The translations under genes were made by a program, and so were the position numbers. A stretch of 64,000 bases of DNA from the human T2T-CHM13v2.0 reference genome, Homo sapiens. The stretch lies in assembly GCA_009914755.4 (NCBI GenBank), contig CP086569.2:23552001-23616000 (forward strand), given 5' to 3'. Shown here in pieces: positions 30,912-44,359 of this stretch; the stretch's first letter is position 1; every line of letters starts with the position of its first letter. Under the pieces are notes generated by a model. That model did not search any database. It worked only from the letters and a program-made list of their open reading frames with translations, and was not told where the DNA came from.

Positions 30912-31078
30912 TGGTTGTGTGTGCCTGTAATTCCAGCTACTGAGGAGGCTCAAATGGGAGGCCAAGCATTTGAACTCAGGAGTTCAAGCCTGCAGTGAGC
31001 TATGATGATGCCAAAGCAATCCAGTGTGGACAACAGAGTGAGACACTGTCTCAAAATTAAAAAAAAAGAAGAAAAAAA
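30912..31078 (+). mobile_element. Alu right-monomer fragment with A-rich tail (plus orientation)
   Basis: tggttgtgtgtgcctgtaattccagctactgaggaggctcaaatgggaggccaagcatttgaactcaggagttcaagcctgcagtgagctatgatgatgcc ... gtctcaaaattaaaaaaaaagaagaaaaaaa. Confidence 0.8.
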
Positions 31079-31140
31079 TGATAACTGCCTGAAGTGAAGG
31101 ATACCATGTCTATTATTTATATATTTGTTTATATTTATAT

Positions 31141-31432
31141 TTATTTTTGAGTTGAAGTCTCGCTCTGTCACCTATGCTAGGGTGCATGGTGCAATCTCAG
31201 GTCACTTCAGACTCAGCCTACCAGGTTCAAACGATTCTCATGCCTCGGCCTCCAAAGTAACTGTAAGGTACTATAGGCGTACACCACCATGTCTGGCTAA
31301 TTTTCATATTTTTCATAGAGATCAGGTTTCCTGGTGTTGGCCAGACTGGTCTTGAAGTCCTAGCCTAAAGTGATCTGAATTTCTTGGCCTCCAAAAATGC
31401 TGGATTACAAGCTTGAGCCACAGCTCCCGACC
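31141..31432 (-). mobile_element. Alu, old/diverged (AluJ-like), minus orientation
   Basis: tatttttgagttgaagtctcgctctgtcacctatgctagggtgcatggtgcaatctcaggtcacttcagactcagcctaccagg ... aatgctggattacaagcttgagccacagctcccgacc. Confidence 0.8.
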
Positions 31433-32878
31433 TCTGTTTATTTTGTAGAGTGGCAAATGACTTCGTGCTAAAGATTTTGCCATGAAGGCTAGTTTCTTCA
31501 TCGTTTGAGAACTGGGCAATATTTACTTGTTTTATTTTGCGCTTTATATTATCTAACTGGTCTGTTTATATTAAACATGTACAAGTGTACATGTGTGTTG
31601 CTGCATGACTATCAATATAAAATCCCTACTGACAAATTTCCTTGTACATTAGGAAACTAGGAGTGCAGAAGAAAGTTATCTGAAACAATATTTAATAGCA
31701 AAATGTAAGAAATCACCTAAATGTGCACACAAAAAAGAGCCGATAGAAAAAAGAGCACCCACAGTGGATATCATTAATACTAATGTTAAATTTAAACTAG
31801 TTACATTAAATTGCATACAAATGTAGTAAAAGTATATGGACACTCACGGTAATAAAAATGACCAAATTTTACTTAGTTTTACTTTCAAATATAGAGGCTA
31901 ACGTGGTAGTTTACTTTAAATTGTATATAGTATAAACAAGCAAGTTCAGCTTTGTTACTGGAAATAGCAATAATGCTGAGATAAGTAAATTCTAACAGGT
32001 TAGAAAATAAAACAAAGATGAAAAGGTTAAAATCCACCACCTCAATTCATCACGTTGAGGGGAGAACCGAAAAGCCAGCTCCCGACTTAATGGAAATAAA
32101 TATTTCTGCCAAAGTCTGGGTACAGCTATAAAGGGTCACAAAAATTATCATCTCTGAATGACTTCGGCTTTCTTACTCACTGAGAAACTTTATGTTCTAA
32201 AATTATAAACAGAGTATTTGCTGTTTGAAATGTTATCGGTGAAGATAAAACTTAGCACTCTTGCCCGGCTGATTTGTCACTTTCCATAGAAGAAAAACTG
32301 TTTTCCAGCCTAGGTGCATAGCTTCAAATAACAGGCATTTGCACTCAAAATTCCACACAAATGTCAACTTGTGATCTACAAGGAATAAAGACACTGGGTT
32401 CTCTCACAGTCTAAACATGATGTTTTGACCTTTAATACATAGGCGTCCTTTACCTTGAACCTATTGAAACTCTGCTGTGTTTAAATACCTACTCACCACC
32501 TCTCCCATAAATCGTACAGTACCTCCTTTTATTACTTTAGTTGCCCCACAGGCATGGTCTACCTTACTCTACCAAGTCAATGCAATTGTATCAGACTATA
32601 GGTTTGTCCTGTGTAGTCATAGACTAGCTGGATTAAGTCACAGAATTTCTCTGTCTAGCTCTTTTTTCCCCATACCTAAATGCAACTGGAAAAAATGTCT
32701 AATATGCCTAGCATCCCCAGAAATAAATCACATTTTCTGATTTTGCAAAATTGATTCCAATATACAATACTCATTTGAGAAAAGTGCCATTTCTCAAGTG
32801 ACTGATATAAAAATGGTAATGTCCATAATAATTTGTATTCTATATTTTTTAAATGTGGATTTTTTTCTGGCCAGGCAC

Positions 32879-33152
32879 AGTGGGTCACGCCGGTAATCCC
32901 AACACTTTAGGAGGCCGAGGCGGGCAGATCACAAGGTCAGGAGATCGAGACCATCCTGGCTAACACGGTGAAACCCCGTCTCCACTAAAAATACAAAAAA
33001 TTAGCTGGGCTGGTGGCAGGCACCTGTACTCCCAGCTACTCGAGCAGCTGAGGCAGGAGAATGGCATGAACCCGGGAGGCGGAGCTTGCAGTGAGCTGAG
33101 ACACGCCACTGCACTCCAGGCTGAGCGACAGAGCCAGACTCCGTCTCAAAAG

Positions 33153-33184
<32 letters not shown>

Positions 33185-33190
33185 AAAAAA
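32879..33190 (+). mobile_element. Alu (plus orientation) with long A-rich tail
   Basis: ggccaggcacagtgggtcacgccggtaatcccaacactttaggaggccgaggcgggcagatcacaaggtcaggagatcgagacc ... gactccgtctcaaaag(a)n. Confidence 0.9.
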
Positions 33191-33199
33191 TCCACATTT

Positions 33200-33545
33200 T
33201 TCTTTTTTTTTTTTTTTTTTGGTAGTTTTTTTTGTTGTTTTGTTTTTTTGTTTTTGAGACGGAGTATCACTCTGTTGCTCAGGCTGGAATGCAGTGGCAT
33301 GCCTCTGCTCACTGCAAGCTCCGCCTCCCAGGTTCATGCTATTCTGCCGCCTCAGCCTCCCGACTAGCTGGGACTGCTGGCGCACGCCACTACGCCTGGC
33401 TAATTTTTTGTATTTTTTTTTTTTAAGTATAGACGGGGTTTCACCGTGTTAGCCAGGATGGTCTCGATCTCCTGACCTCGTGATCCGCCCGCCTCGGCCT
33501 CCCAAAGGACAGGGATTACAGGCATGAGCCACCGCGCCCTGCTGG
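33200..33545 (-). mobile_element. Alu (minus orientation); poly-T abuts the poly-A of the preceding Alu
   Basis: Long T-rich run, then gagacggagtatcactctgttgctcaggctggaatgcagtggcatgcc ... gggattacaggcatgagccaccgcgccctgc. Confidence 0.9.
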
Positions 33546-33546
33546 A

Positions 33547-33600
33547 TTATTATTATTATTATTATTTTATTTTTATCTTTATTTTATTTTTATTTTTATT
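33547..33600. repeat. (ATT)n / AT-rich simple repeat
   Basis: attattattattattattattttatttttatctttattttatttttatttttattttttt. Confidence 0.85.
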
Positions 33601-33605
33601 TTTTT

Positions 33606-33890
33606 GCCAGGCAAGGTGGCTCACGCCTGTAATCCTAGCACTTTAGGAGGCTGAGGCACGTGTATCTCAAATGAGACCAGCCTGGCTAACATGGCGAAAG
33701 CCCATCTTTACTAACAATACCAAACAACTTTGGCAGGTCTGGTGGCGTATGCCTGTAGTCCCGGCTACTCGGGAGGCAGGAGGATCACCTCCAGGAGGCG
33801 GAGGTTTCAGAGAGCCAAAATTGCGCCATTGCACTCCAGCGTGGGCCAGAGATCCAGAATCTGTTTCCAAAAAAGGAAAATACAGTAAAA
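33606..33890 (+). mobile_element. Alu (plus orientation, older/diverged)
   Basis: gccaggcaaggtggctcacgcctgtaatcctagcactttaggaggctgaggcacgtg ... ccattgcactccagcgtgggccagagatccagaatctgtttccaaaaaaggaaaa. Confidence 0.85.
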
Positions 33891-35937
33891 TAAATGTGGG
33901 TTTTTTTGAAAACATAATATGCTGGTTTTTTTTGAAAACATAGTATGCCAGTTTTTATGTTCTTTCTGAAATTTGTATCCGTATGTATTCTTTCCACACA
34001 GAAAGTAGTATATAGACCAGCTTATACAAATGTTTCAACTATATTTGAATTTTATTTGCACAACTGTCTGAATAATTCTAATACCCCAGATTAAAGTTAG
34101 AATATGTATATTTTACCCGTTGGTCTGGTTTTTTTTATTCTTTTAAGTCTGAGCATAATAACTCGCTAAAAAGATTTCTGTAAGGCCTGGTTTCTGCTAA
34201 CATTATTTTCTTGGCTGTATTTTATCTAAGTTCATTATGCAAACCGAATTTGCGTTGTGTCTTCAAAAATGACTTCTGAAAGCCTTCCATGGTCCTGTTA
34301 CGCCCCTAACCATAATGAGGTAGCAGGGACCATATTTACCCTCCCAGGTTAAATAACCACAAAACTAGACAGAAATATGAACCAAAGATTTTTCTACATT
34401 CAATTCCAGGCAGCACCAAACAATAATTTCTCAGAAAAGATGAACAAAGACAGTGTAAGGATGAACCCTACTTATCACCAGGCCATAACTTAGGGGGTGT
34501 TACTAGATTGAGAAGACTAAAATCAGAGTTCAACTATATCAAGAAAGCTAGAATCTGTAGAACAAAATGCCAGAAAATAAAAGAGGACTTACACAAAAAG
34601 AAAACCCCAGAGAGGCAAAAGAGTTCATGCAGGCCTTCTGCTGGCTGTTAATCTGCATATCCATGTGAGAATATTATCTGAAGCTTAAAAGAAAGCACTG
34701 GAACAAAACTATTCCCTGTACATGCATCTATAATGTTGATTGGGCAGAGTACTTTGACTTTGCTTCTGGGTAAGTAGCATAGCATGGTCTTCGTATTATT
34801 TCTTTAGCTATACTCAATATCAGAAATGTATGAGGGTGCCTTAATGGCTTAGATTTTAGTTGTTTTAAGAGCCTGGGGTGAGACTTTGCTGGGGTTTGGT
34901 GTACTGAGTAGGCCTGTATTCAGGCTCCTGGGTAGCATCAGTAGACAGCAGCTGTGGCAGCTGCATTGGACAGGTAAGTCCTAGGGGTCCCAGGCAGCAT
35001 GGAAGGGCCCCAGTGTGGTGCCTGTGGGCTAGGTGGGTCAGTCTTGAGTCCCTCATGTGGTACATGTGGGTGGCTATATTGGCAGTAGCAGCTTAGGATC
35101 TGGGTTGTGGGACCTGACATGACACTTACAGGTGTGTGGTTGTCTTGCTGCTGAGGGGCTGGGAGAAGTTGGTGCCTCAGTGGCAGCATCCTCAGGCAGG
35201 TATTTCCCACGTTCTATGGATCACACATTTTTGTTCCCTATGTTTTGACGCAGCCACTCAAATATGCTGGAATGCCTATTCCCTGGGGTATAGGATGCTG
35301 CATGATTTCCATCACCATGGACCCAACCACATTGCTGCATCCAGCTGACATCATGACACTGAGGCCTCTGGGTGGACAAGAGGGCATGTCAGCAAGGACC
35401 CAAGACACGGAGATGCAGGGGATATTGGACCCCTGGGCAAAAGGCTCTCTGATGTAGGTTCTAGACAGCCTTTTGCTCAATATCACCCTCAATACTGGGC
35501 CATGCACCAGCAGGGTGGGCCTCTGTGGGCACCGGGTCTTGCATGAGTTCCCTCTCTGGGACAGTGTAGTTGTGTGGACGTCAGGCAGGTCTCTGTTATT
35601 AGGCTTAGGATCTGTCCTCACAGGGCCAAGGGGATTCTCTGCATCTAGGATTGCAAATGCAGTCTTTCTTTCTCCCACAGTGGAGAATTCCTTTTGGTTT
35701 TGAGCCAATTCCAGCTGGCTGCTTTGGTCCCTCTCTATACTGCTGCCATCCCCAGTTTTCATGTCTTAGAGAGTCACTGTCACTTCCCTGCTGAATTCCA
35801 GCCTTCTCCCAAAGATGTTCGATTCAATGCATAGTTATCTATTTGCTATTTCAGACCTTCTTTGTGGACAAGGTGAGTCTTCAGTGACTCTAGCAGCCAT
35901 CTTTATCCTTTCGTTATTGTTTTTTATTTTACTATCT

Positions 35938-36235
<298 letters not shown>

Positions 36236-37329
36236 TTTTATTTATTTGTTTAAAAATATATGTCAGTTATTTTTCTCTCCTTTTATCATTATTATCTCCT
36301 TATAGTATTCCATATGTTATCATCCTGCTTCATAATGTTCCATAAGTTCCTTATGCTGTCTTCATGATTCCTTATTTTTCTCTTTCATTTTTATCCTCCA
36401 ATTTGATTATTTTCAAAGACTTGGCTTAATTTTGCTTATCCTTTATTCTGCTTGATCCAGTTTACTGTTCGGTCCCTCTATTTAATTTTTGATGTAGCTT
36501 CCTGTATTTTTCACTTCTTTGATTTCTGTTTGATACCTTGAAATATTTTCTACCTCTTTGTTAAACTTCTCAGTTTTTAAATGCATTACTGTCCAGACTT
36601 CTGGTAATACCTTAGAGCTTTCTGTTTTGATTTCCCTGTCAGGGACATTACATACTTTCATTTTATCAGAGTCCAGTTCTGTTTATTTCTTTTGTTCTTT
36701 ACCTCAGAACATATTTTCCTCTCCACTGCACTCCCTCACTGCCCTGCCCTCCTGTAACCACTACCACCAGCCCCATTTTTCTTGACTATGAGTTGGTTTC
36801 TGCAAGTCAGTGAAGACAACCATCTTTCTCTGTTGTCCTTAACTCATCCTACGTAGGAAATTTCATTTCCTTATCAGTGCAACCAGGGATTCCAGGTGCT
36901 TCTCAATTCTGTGATTGTCCAACTCACTGTCTTTCTTCTTATGCCCCCCTCGATTGTAGTATGTGTGAAATCATACTATTCCTTTGACACAGGCAAGATA
37001 GTAGCCAGCCCCATGATATGCAGGTAAAAGGTTTTGGGATTAGATGTATATTGCTTGTGGACAAGCTTAGATTCAGAGTTTATGTCCAACTAGTTCTGCC
37101 TTATGCCAAGAATAGTGTCCATGACTGACACCTGTACAGTCATTCGTTATGCTCACTCTGAATCTGGACAGATAGCCACTGAATATTTACAACTTTGACA
37201 ATCTTGTTCTCTGTGATATAGGAGACTCAGAATACAGAGTCCCATTCACTTCCAGAAGTAGACAATTTAGGACAGTCCCTTAGATACAGGCTGTAAAATT
37301 TGTGATGCATGATGTATGCAGAAGCTACT

Positions 37330-38170
37330 TCCAGGGAGGTTCTACAGACATTGATTTCTCACCAGAGCAAGCCAGGGAGAAGGTAGTGCAGACTGCCTGC
37401 TTTCTCCTTCTGCATTGCCAAAGTCGCACAAGCTTCTTCCAGGAAGAACCTGCAAGGCAGATTTCTTGCTGTGGCAAGGCAGAGAAGAAAGCAAGAAGGC
37501 CTGAGAGGGGTTCACTGTCACATTTATACTTCACCAAAAATCTGTCCAGGGAGAATAGCAGGAGGGATTTATTGCTAGAACAAGCCTGTGAAGCAAGCTT
37601 GCTATGTCTGGTGACAGAAGGGGAGTGCTACCTCTTCCATTCAGGATTTCAGAGATCTAACTGCCTGATTTTCTCTGGCGAGTGATGGCAGAAATCTGCT
37701 ATTAGAGCAAGCCAGGGAAGTGAGTGTGGGAAGTGCTGTTCTTCTCATTTAGGCTTGGAAGTATTCTGACTCTCTGCCTCCTTCCAGACAGAGACTGCAG
37801 GGAATTTTGCCGGAGCAAGTCAGGAAGAATGTCTTAGGGAGTGATGTCTGTCTCTGTTTGGCTCATAGAGGTCTGTCTCCAGCCTACTTTGAGAGAATAA
37901 TTGCAGAAATCACTGAAGGAAGTGAAAGACGGCACAGTGATTGTCATTATTCTCATTTAGTCTTTCAGTAGTATTTTTCTAGCCTCCTTCCAGGGAGAGA
38001 TTTCAGAGATATATTACTAAAGCACACTAGGGAAGAAGGGACTGGAAGTGCTGAGACCTTTCTTCTTGCTCCTGAAGACTTTAAACCTCTTTCCAGGGAG
38101 AGAAAATAGGCTTTCCCTAATCACTGAAGGAAGCCAGGGAAGAAGGCCGGGGGATTGATGTCCTTCCCTT
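37330..38170 (-). repeat. Degenerate tandem repeat, purine-rich on the top strand; inverted-orientation arm of the 57-60 bp array, units of about 50-100 bp
   Basis: Recurrent units ccagggagaaggtag.., ccaggaagaacctgc.., ccagggagaatagcagg.., ccagggaagtgagtgtgggaagtgctg.., ccagggagagatttcagagat.., tagggaagaagggactggaagtgctg.., ccagggagagaaaatagg...cactgaaggaagccagggaagaagg. CCAGGGAGAGATTTCAGAG is approximately the reverse complement of the downstream consensus (CTCTTCTTCCTGG...). Confidence 0.6.
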
Positions 38171-38399
38171 TAGGCTCCACAAGCTGTATTCTTTGTTTGT
38201 TTGTTTCTTTAGAGTAGGGAATACAACCTTAGTTACAACTCCGCTGGGCTGTAATTCTCTTCATCCTGGCACTCTTTTTTAAGAGGGGAATGTATTTTTT
38301 CTCCCAAGCATGCAAAACGTTTCTCCCAAGCCTGGTGTGAAAGTCAGCTCTATTTAACTCTTTTTTTTTTTTTTCTTCAGTGAACATTAGTCCTTTACT

Positions 38400-40540
38400 C
38401 CTAATCTGGAACATTCTTCTTCATGGCTGTCTTTCTTTATAGGAAACCCATTTCCTTGCATTTAGGTTGGATATCTATTCTTCCTGACTCCCCTGCTAGT
38501 AGAAATTATTTTCTGGCTGACTGGGCTTAAGTCAGGAAATCCTGACTTCCTGATATCCCTGAGCAGGGAATTATTTTCTTACTTCATAGGATAAAAGCTT
38601 TTTGTTTTTTCTCTTGCTTTGTTTTCACAACAGGGATTATTCCCTAACTTTCTGAGCTTAAAGTGTGTGTGTGTTTTTTTTATTTTTTATTTTTCATTTT
38701 TTTTGCTATCACCTCTTGGTAGGAATTACTCCCCGACTCCTGGAGTGAAAATCTCTTCTACCTTTTCTATGCTTACCTAATAGGGATTATTCTCTGACTC
38801 TGTGCTAAACATCATATCTTTTTGTTGTTGTTGTTTTATTGGTGATTAATCCCAGACTTTACGGGATAGAAATATCTTTTTAGTGGATGTCTCATCTGAA
38901 TAGAAATTATTCCCCAATTTCTGGCATAGTATTCTATTTTTCTGACTATTGTACTTCAATGGGATGTATTCCATGCCTCCTGGGGTAGAAAATTCTTCTT
39001 ATTCTTCCTCTGGATTGTTTTTCTGATTGAAGACTTTTCCCTGGACTCCTGGTGTGGAAATTTCTGGCCTTATTTGCTAAGCAGGAAAAAAAAATTCCTG
39101 GGTCTATTTCCTGTGTAGAGATTTCCTCACTCCTGGAGTGAAAACCTGTTTTTCCTGGCTCTGTTTCATAAAAGAAATTATTTTCCTGATTGGACGTCAT
39201 GTCTTTCCAGATCTCTTCCTTGAGTAACAATTATTCTCTCACTTTTTGATTTGAAAGACCTTCGTTCTTGCTCTCTTATGAAATGGAGTTTATTCCCTGG
39301 CACCTGAGCTGTAAGTCACTTATTAGCTCTCTTTTCTGACTCTCTGGATAGACATCTCTTCTTTCTGTTCTCTTTGTTAATGGGTAACATTTTTTCTGAC
39401 TACTAGATTGTCTCTCTCTCCTAAGTGAGAATAATTCTCATGTGATTCTGAGTTCATAGTCACTTCTTCTTGGTTCCCTGTCCTAAATTAGTATTATTCT
39501 CTGAATCCTTGGACTGAACTTCTTTTTTTTTCCCTTTGTTCTTTTCTCTGAGATAAATATTAAATGAGCTCTCTGGTGAAAGATTGTTTTTCTACTTCTT
39601 TTCATGATTGAAGATTATTTCCTGGCTCCCTGGGATAGAAGTTTGTCTTCCCTCACTCTTTTTTCTGATTTCAAATTTTTATCTGACATTTGGGCTCAAT
39701 ATTCTTCTTTATGACTCTATTTCCTGATAAAGATTATAACATTAGTTCATTTAAAATCCTTACTTCTCTCTCTTTAAAAAATAATAATGATTATTCTAAC
39801 TTTCTTAGGTAGGAGTTCCTTCTTATTGGCTCTGTCTTTCCCGAGTGGCATTTATTCCTAATGTGCAGAAAGTATTTTCCTCCTGGTGTTTCCCTTACTA
39901 GAGATTACTGTCTGACTCCAGGAGATAGACATTTTCTTATTTTGTTTTGTTTTTCTTAACTTGTTCTTCCCTTATTACAGATTATTCCAATTTTCTGAAG
40001 ATTATTTCCTGATACGTTAGTTGGAAATCTCATCTTCCTGGCTCTTTTTCTTTATTGGGTATTATTCCCTGTCTCCTAGTGTGACATTTTCTTTTCCCAG
40101 GTTATAATTTTTCTTATGTTTATTCCCTGACTCCCTGGGGTTGCAAGTCTCTCTTGCCTTGCTCTCTAATCTGACTGGAAATTGTTTCCTGATTTCCAAG
40201 TCTGCAACTCTTTTTTTGTCAGCTTTGCTTCATGTTTGAGATTATTCCTGTATGTTCTGTGTTGTGTACCCTTCTTCCTAAGAGGGGCTCATTCTCTGAT
40301 ATTTTTGGCTTGAATTTTCCTCCTGGATGTCTATTCTTAAGTAAGAATTTTTCCCTGATTCTCTATGCTAACCATCTTTTTTTTCTGGCTACTCCCTGAG
40401 TGGGGTTTTCCCTGACTCCATTGACTGGGTCCCCTTTTTTCTAGCCTCTTTCCTGAGTGGAGATTATTTCCTGATTCGCTATGTTGGAGACCTTTTTTTC
40501 CTTAACAGGAATTTTCCCATCTTTCTGGGCTGTCAGGAAG
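38400..40540 (+). repeat. Degenerate tandem repeat array (minisatellite/satellite-like); about 35-40 units of 57-60 bp, pyrimidine-rich on the top strand
   Basis: Units read directly: gagatttcctcactcctggagtgaaaacctgtttttcctggctctgtttcataaaa; ggaattactccccgactcctggagtgaaaatctcttctaccttttctatgcttacctaata; tttattccctgactccctggggttgcaagtctctcttgccttgctctctaatctgactg; gagattatttcctggctccctgggatagaagtttgtcttccctcactc; and others. Consensus about (A)GAAATTATTCCCTGACTCCTGGxGTGAAAATCTCTTCTTCCTGGCTCTxTTTC. Unit identity about 60-70%. No long ORF on either strand. Confidence 0.75.
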
Positions 40541-40557
40541 TTTATCTCTATCTTAAT

Positions 40558-40640
40558 CCACCTCTATCTCTATCTAACTCTATCTCTATCTCTATCTATC
40601 TTTCTATCTCACTATCTCTGTCTCTAATATCCACTGAAAC
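40558..40640. repeat. (TCTA/CTATCT)n-like microsatellite
   Basis: ctctatctctatctaactctatctctatctctatctatctttctatctcactatctctgtctct. Confidence 0.85.
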
Positions 40641-41730
40641 TCTTTGACACCTCTCTCTTCTTTACTTGGATTCTTGTCTCTCCCATGGAAGTCTCATTGC
40701 CAACCATAACCCACTTTCTTGAACCCTTGTAGACTTTAGGCTTTGCTTACTCTGCATAACTTGTTGTTGGTATGCATTTTTCAAGGACAATTTGGAACTT
40801 CAAAGATCTTTGAGAAACTTAACATCTCCCTATACTGGTGCCTCTTTGATGTCTTCCTTCTTATTACTCATGTTTCTTGTTTCTCCTCTCACCACCTTCA
40901 ATCTTCCTTTTACCTTCCTTGAATTCTTTGACATATCCTCCTTCAAACCTCTCATCATCCATTCTTCTATCTACCCCTAAACAAACCTATTCCTTCCTAT
41001 TTCAGCCTTTCAACTTCTAAAGTCAACAGAAATTTAGGCTGACTAAATCAGAAGCTCTTGAGGGACTTCAGTATCTTCTCTACCCTCCAAGAAATTATTG
41101 GCCTGAAGTTGAAATGAAAAAATGGCTAATTAGAAGAGATTGAGTATTGTATCTCCCCAGCCTTTGGAGATGTGCAGACTGGAACTAGATATATTCTGTG
41201 CCTAAAATATAGTCCTCTGGCTCCACAGATACAATATTAGGACAAAATAGTCTCATAAAAGTCTTCTTCGCCAATACAGACAAAAGGTATTAGACCTCCT
41301 ATTGAATAGGCGACCTTGTCTCATTTGCCAGAAGAACAATTTAGATACAATATAAAATGGATATAAACCCAGTGAGTTTTATATTACTCTATTGCCTCAT
41401 TCATGACTAAATTTTAGGTGATCTCTAAAATCTGTTTTCCTCTATCTATATTTTCATGGCTATATGCTATATGTGTGTGATATATTTCTAGCTCTGGATA
41501 TTATTACCAAGTTAATTTTTAATATCACTTAAAAGGGTGCTATTCAAATTGGCTTAGAGACATATGATCACTATTGTGAATTACATACTCCTAATAATCC
41601 TAGAAATATATATTCAAGTTCACATGACTCATGGAAATATTTAGTAAATAAGACTAGTTTCAAATTGTTTAATACAAACAGCTACATATTACAATTTGTT
41701 GTTATTATTAAATATAAAAAGATATTTGTG

Positions 41731-42066
<336 letters not shown>

Positions 42067-42346
42067 TTACTAGTTAAGCTGTGTTATGTTCACTGGACAT
42101 TTAAGATTTTATAAACATTTATATGGCAATTGAGTCATTTCTGAAGTTCAGTAAGAATGCGTTCTCCTTTCAACAGAACCTAATTAGAACCCGTTTTTTT
42201 TTTTTTTTTTACAAAGCCTTGTCTGAAATGTCAAATATATTTAAGAATGATTTGCATAAAATCAGAGATAACTAGGCAGCTTTAAGAAGTATAATCTGAA
42301 ACTAATTGTATAAAGTTCTGACAAAGTAAACTGGAAAGGACTCTGT

Positions 42347-42620
42347 GGCTAAGCATGGTGGCTCACACCTGTAATCCCAGCACATTTGGACACAAGGGTG
42401 GGAGAATCACTTCAGCCCAGAAGTTCAAGCCTAACCTAGGCAACAAGGTAAAACCCCATCTCCAAAATCAAACAAACAGGCAAACAAATAACATACAAAA
42501 TTAGCCAAATATGGTGGTTTGCGCCTACGGTCTCAGCTACTCAGGAGGCTGAGGTTGGAGGATCACTTGAGCCCATGAGGTTGAGACTGCAGTAAGCCGG
42601 ACACTGTTTCTAATTTAAAA

Positions 42621-42626
<6 letters not shown>
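42347..42626 (+). mobile_element. Alu, older/diverged (plus orientation)
   Basis: ggctaagcatggtggctcacacctgtaatcccagcacatttggacacaagggtgggagaatcacttcagcccagaagttcaagcc ... ctcaggaggctgaggttggaggatcacttgagcccatgaggttgagactgcagtaagcc. Confidence 0.85.

Positions 42627-42664
<38 letters not shown>
42627..42664. repeat. (AT)n microsatellite, about 19 repeats
   Basis: atatatatat... run read directly. Confidence 0.95.
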
Positions 42665-42670
<6 letters not shown>

Positions 42671-43302
42671 GGTCAATGACAATTCTTAGTGTACTTAGGT
42701 AAAAAATGAGGACAAATCTAGTCAGACCAGACTTATTTTGTGAACAAGAGTCAAGAGAAGTAACAGCAGAGAGAATTTTGTTTCAATGGAAAACTAAAAC
42801 CACCCATGTGAGTTGTCTTACATATTTTATTAGTCTACAATTTCAATTCTTGTTTTATCCAACATATAGCTACAACTCTCCAAACTAAAATTTCAACATT
42901 GTGTCCCCCTTTCATGATTTAGCATCACTGAAAACTAAAACTGCCCAATTGTCCCCAAACCTTGTAATCTGAAGCTGGATGACTGCATTATGAACGATTT
43001 AAAAAAATCATCTTCATGCCTTTGATACCTGATGACAACACTGGAGGCATTAAAAACTGCAAACCAAAGAATTCATTAAATCATCACTGCCACCTCACAC
43101 CACCATCCTTAAGCTCAACATGTGGAAGTGTCAATTGGCTGCCTTCTGAAAGGGGAAAAGGGCCTTTGATGGGAAGTAATCCGGTCAGGATGACAGCACC
43201 CTCTTAAATGTTATTAGCACCCTCCTAAAAGACTATAGAGTTCCCAAGCCACTTATACCATGTGCAGACTCAGCAAGAGGGATGTTTAAAATCCAGGAAG
43301 TG

Positions 43303-44013
<711 letters not shown>

Positions 44014-44359
44014 TTAGCCTCTGGGATTACAAGAAATCTTTGTTATAAACCTCCAAGTCCAGGTATTTTCTCAAAGCAATGTCTGTGGACGAAGATGATA
44101 AAAAATTATCCTATTATTCATTCAACAGCATTATGGTCCTATGAAAAATGATGCAATAAGGATTTAACTCTTGTTTTATAAAGGCTTTTCAGAATTTATT
44201 ATAACTTACTGAAACAGAATCCCTATTCCAAGGTTGATAAATTGTATCTTACAGGTTACTCTTCAGTTTCCCATACTTTTTAATCATTATGACAGAATGC
44301 CTCATGGAGATAATTTGAGTTAAAAAATCCTAGGGACAGAATATCATAGACACTTTGTC

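Noticed and set aside
38400-40540. Regularly spaced about 57-bp repeats as a possible CRISPR array or coding tandem-domain repeat
   Set aside because: This is a eukaryotic, primate context. Units are only about 60-70% identical, with no conserved repeat/variable spacer alternation, and are stop-rich in all frames. It is a degenerate minisatellite, not CRISPR and not coding.
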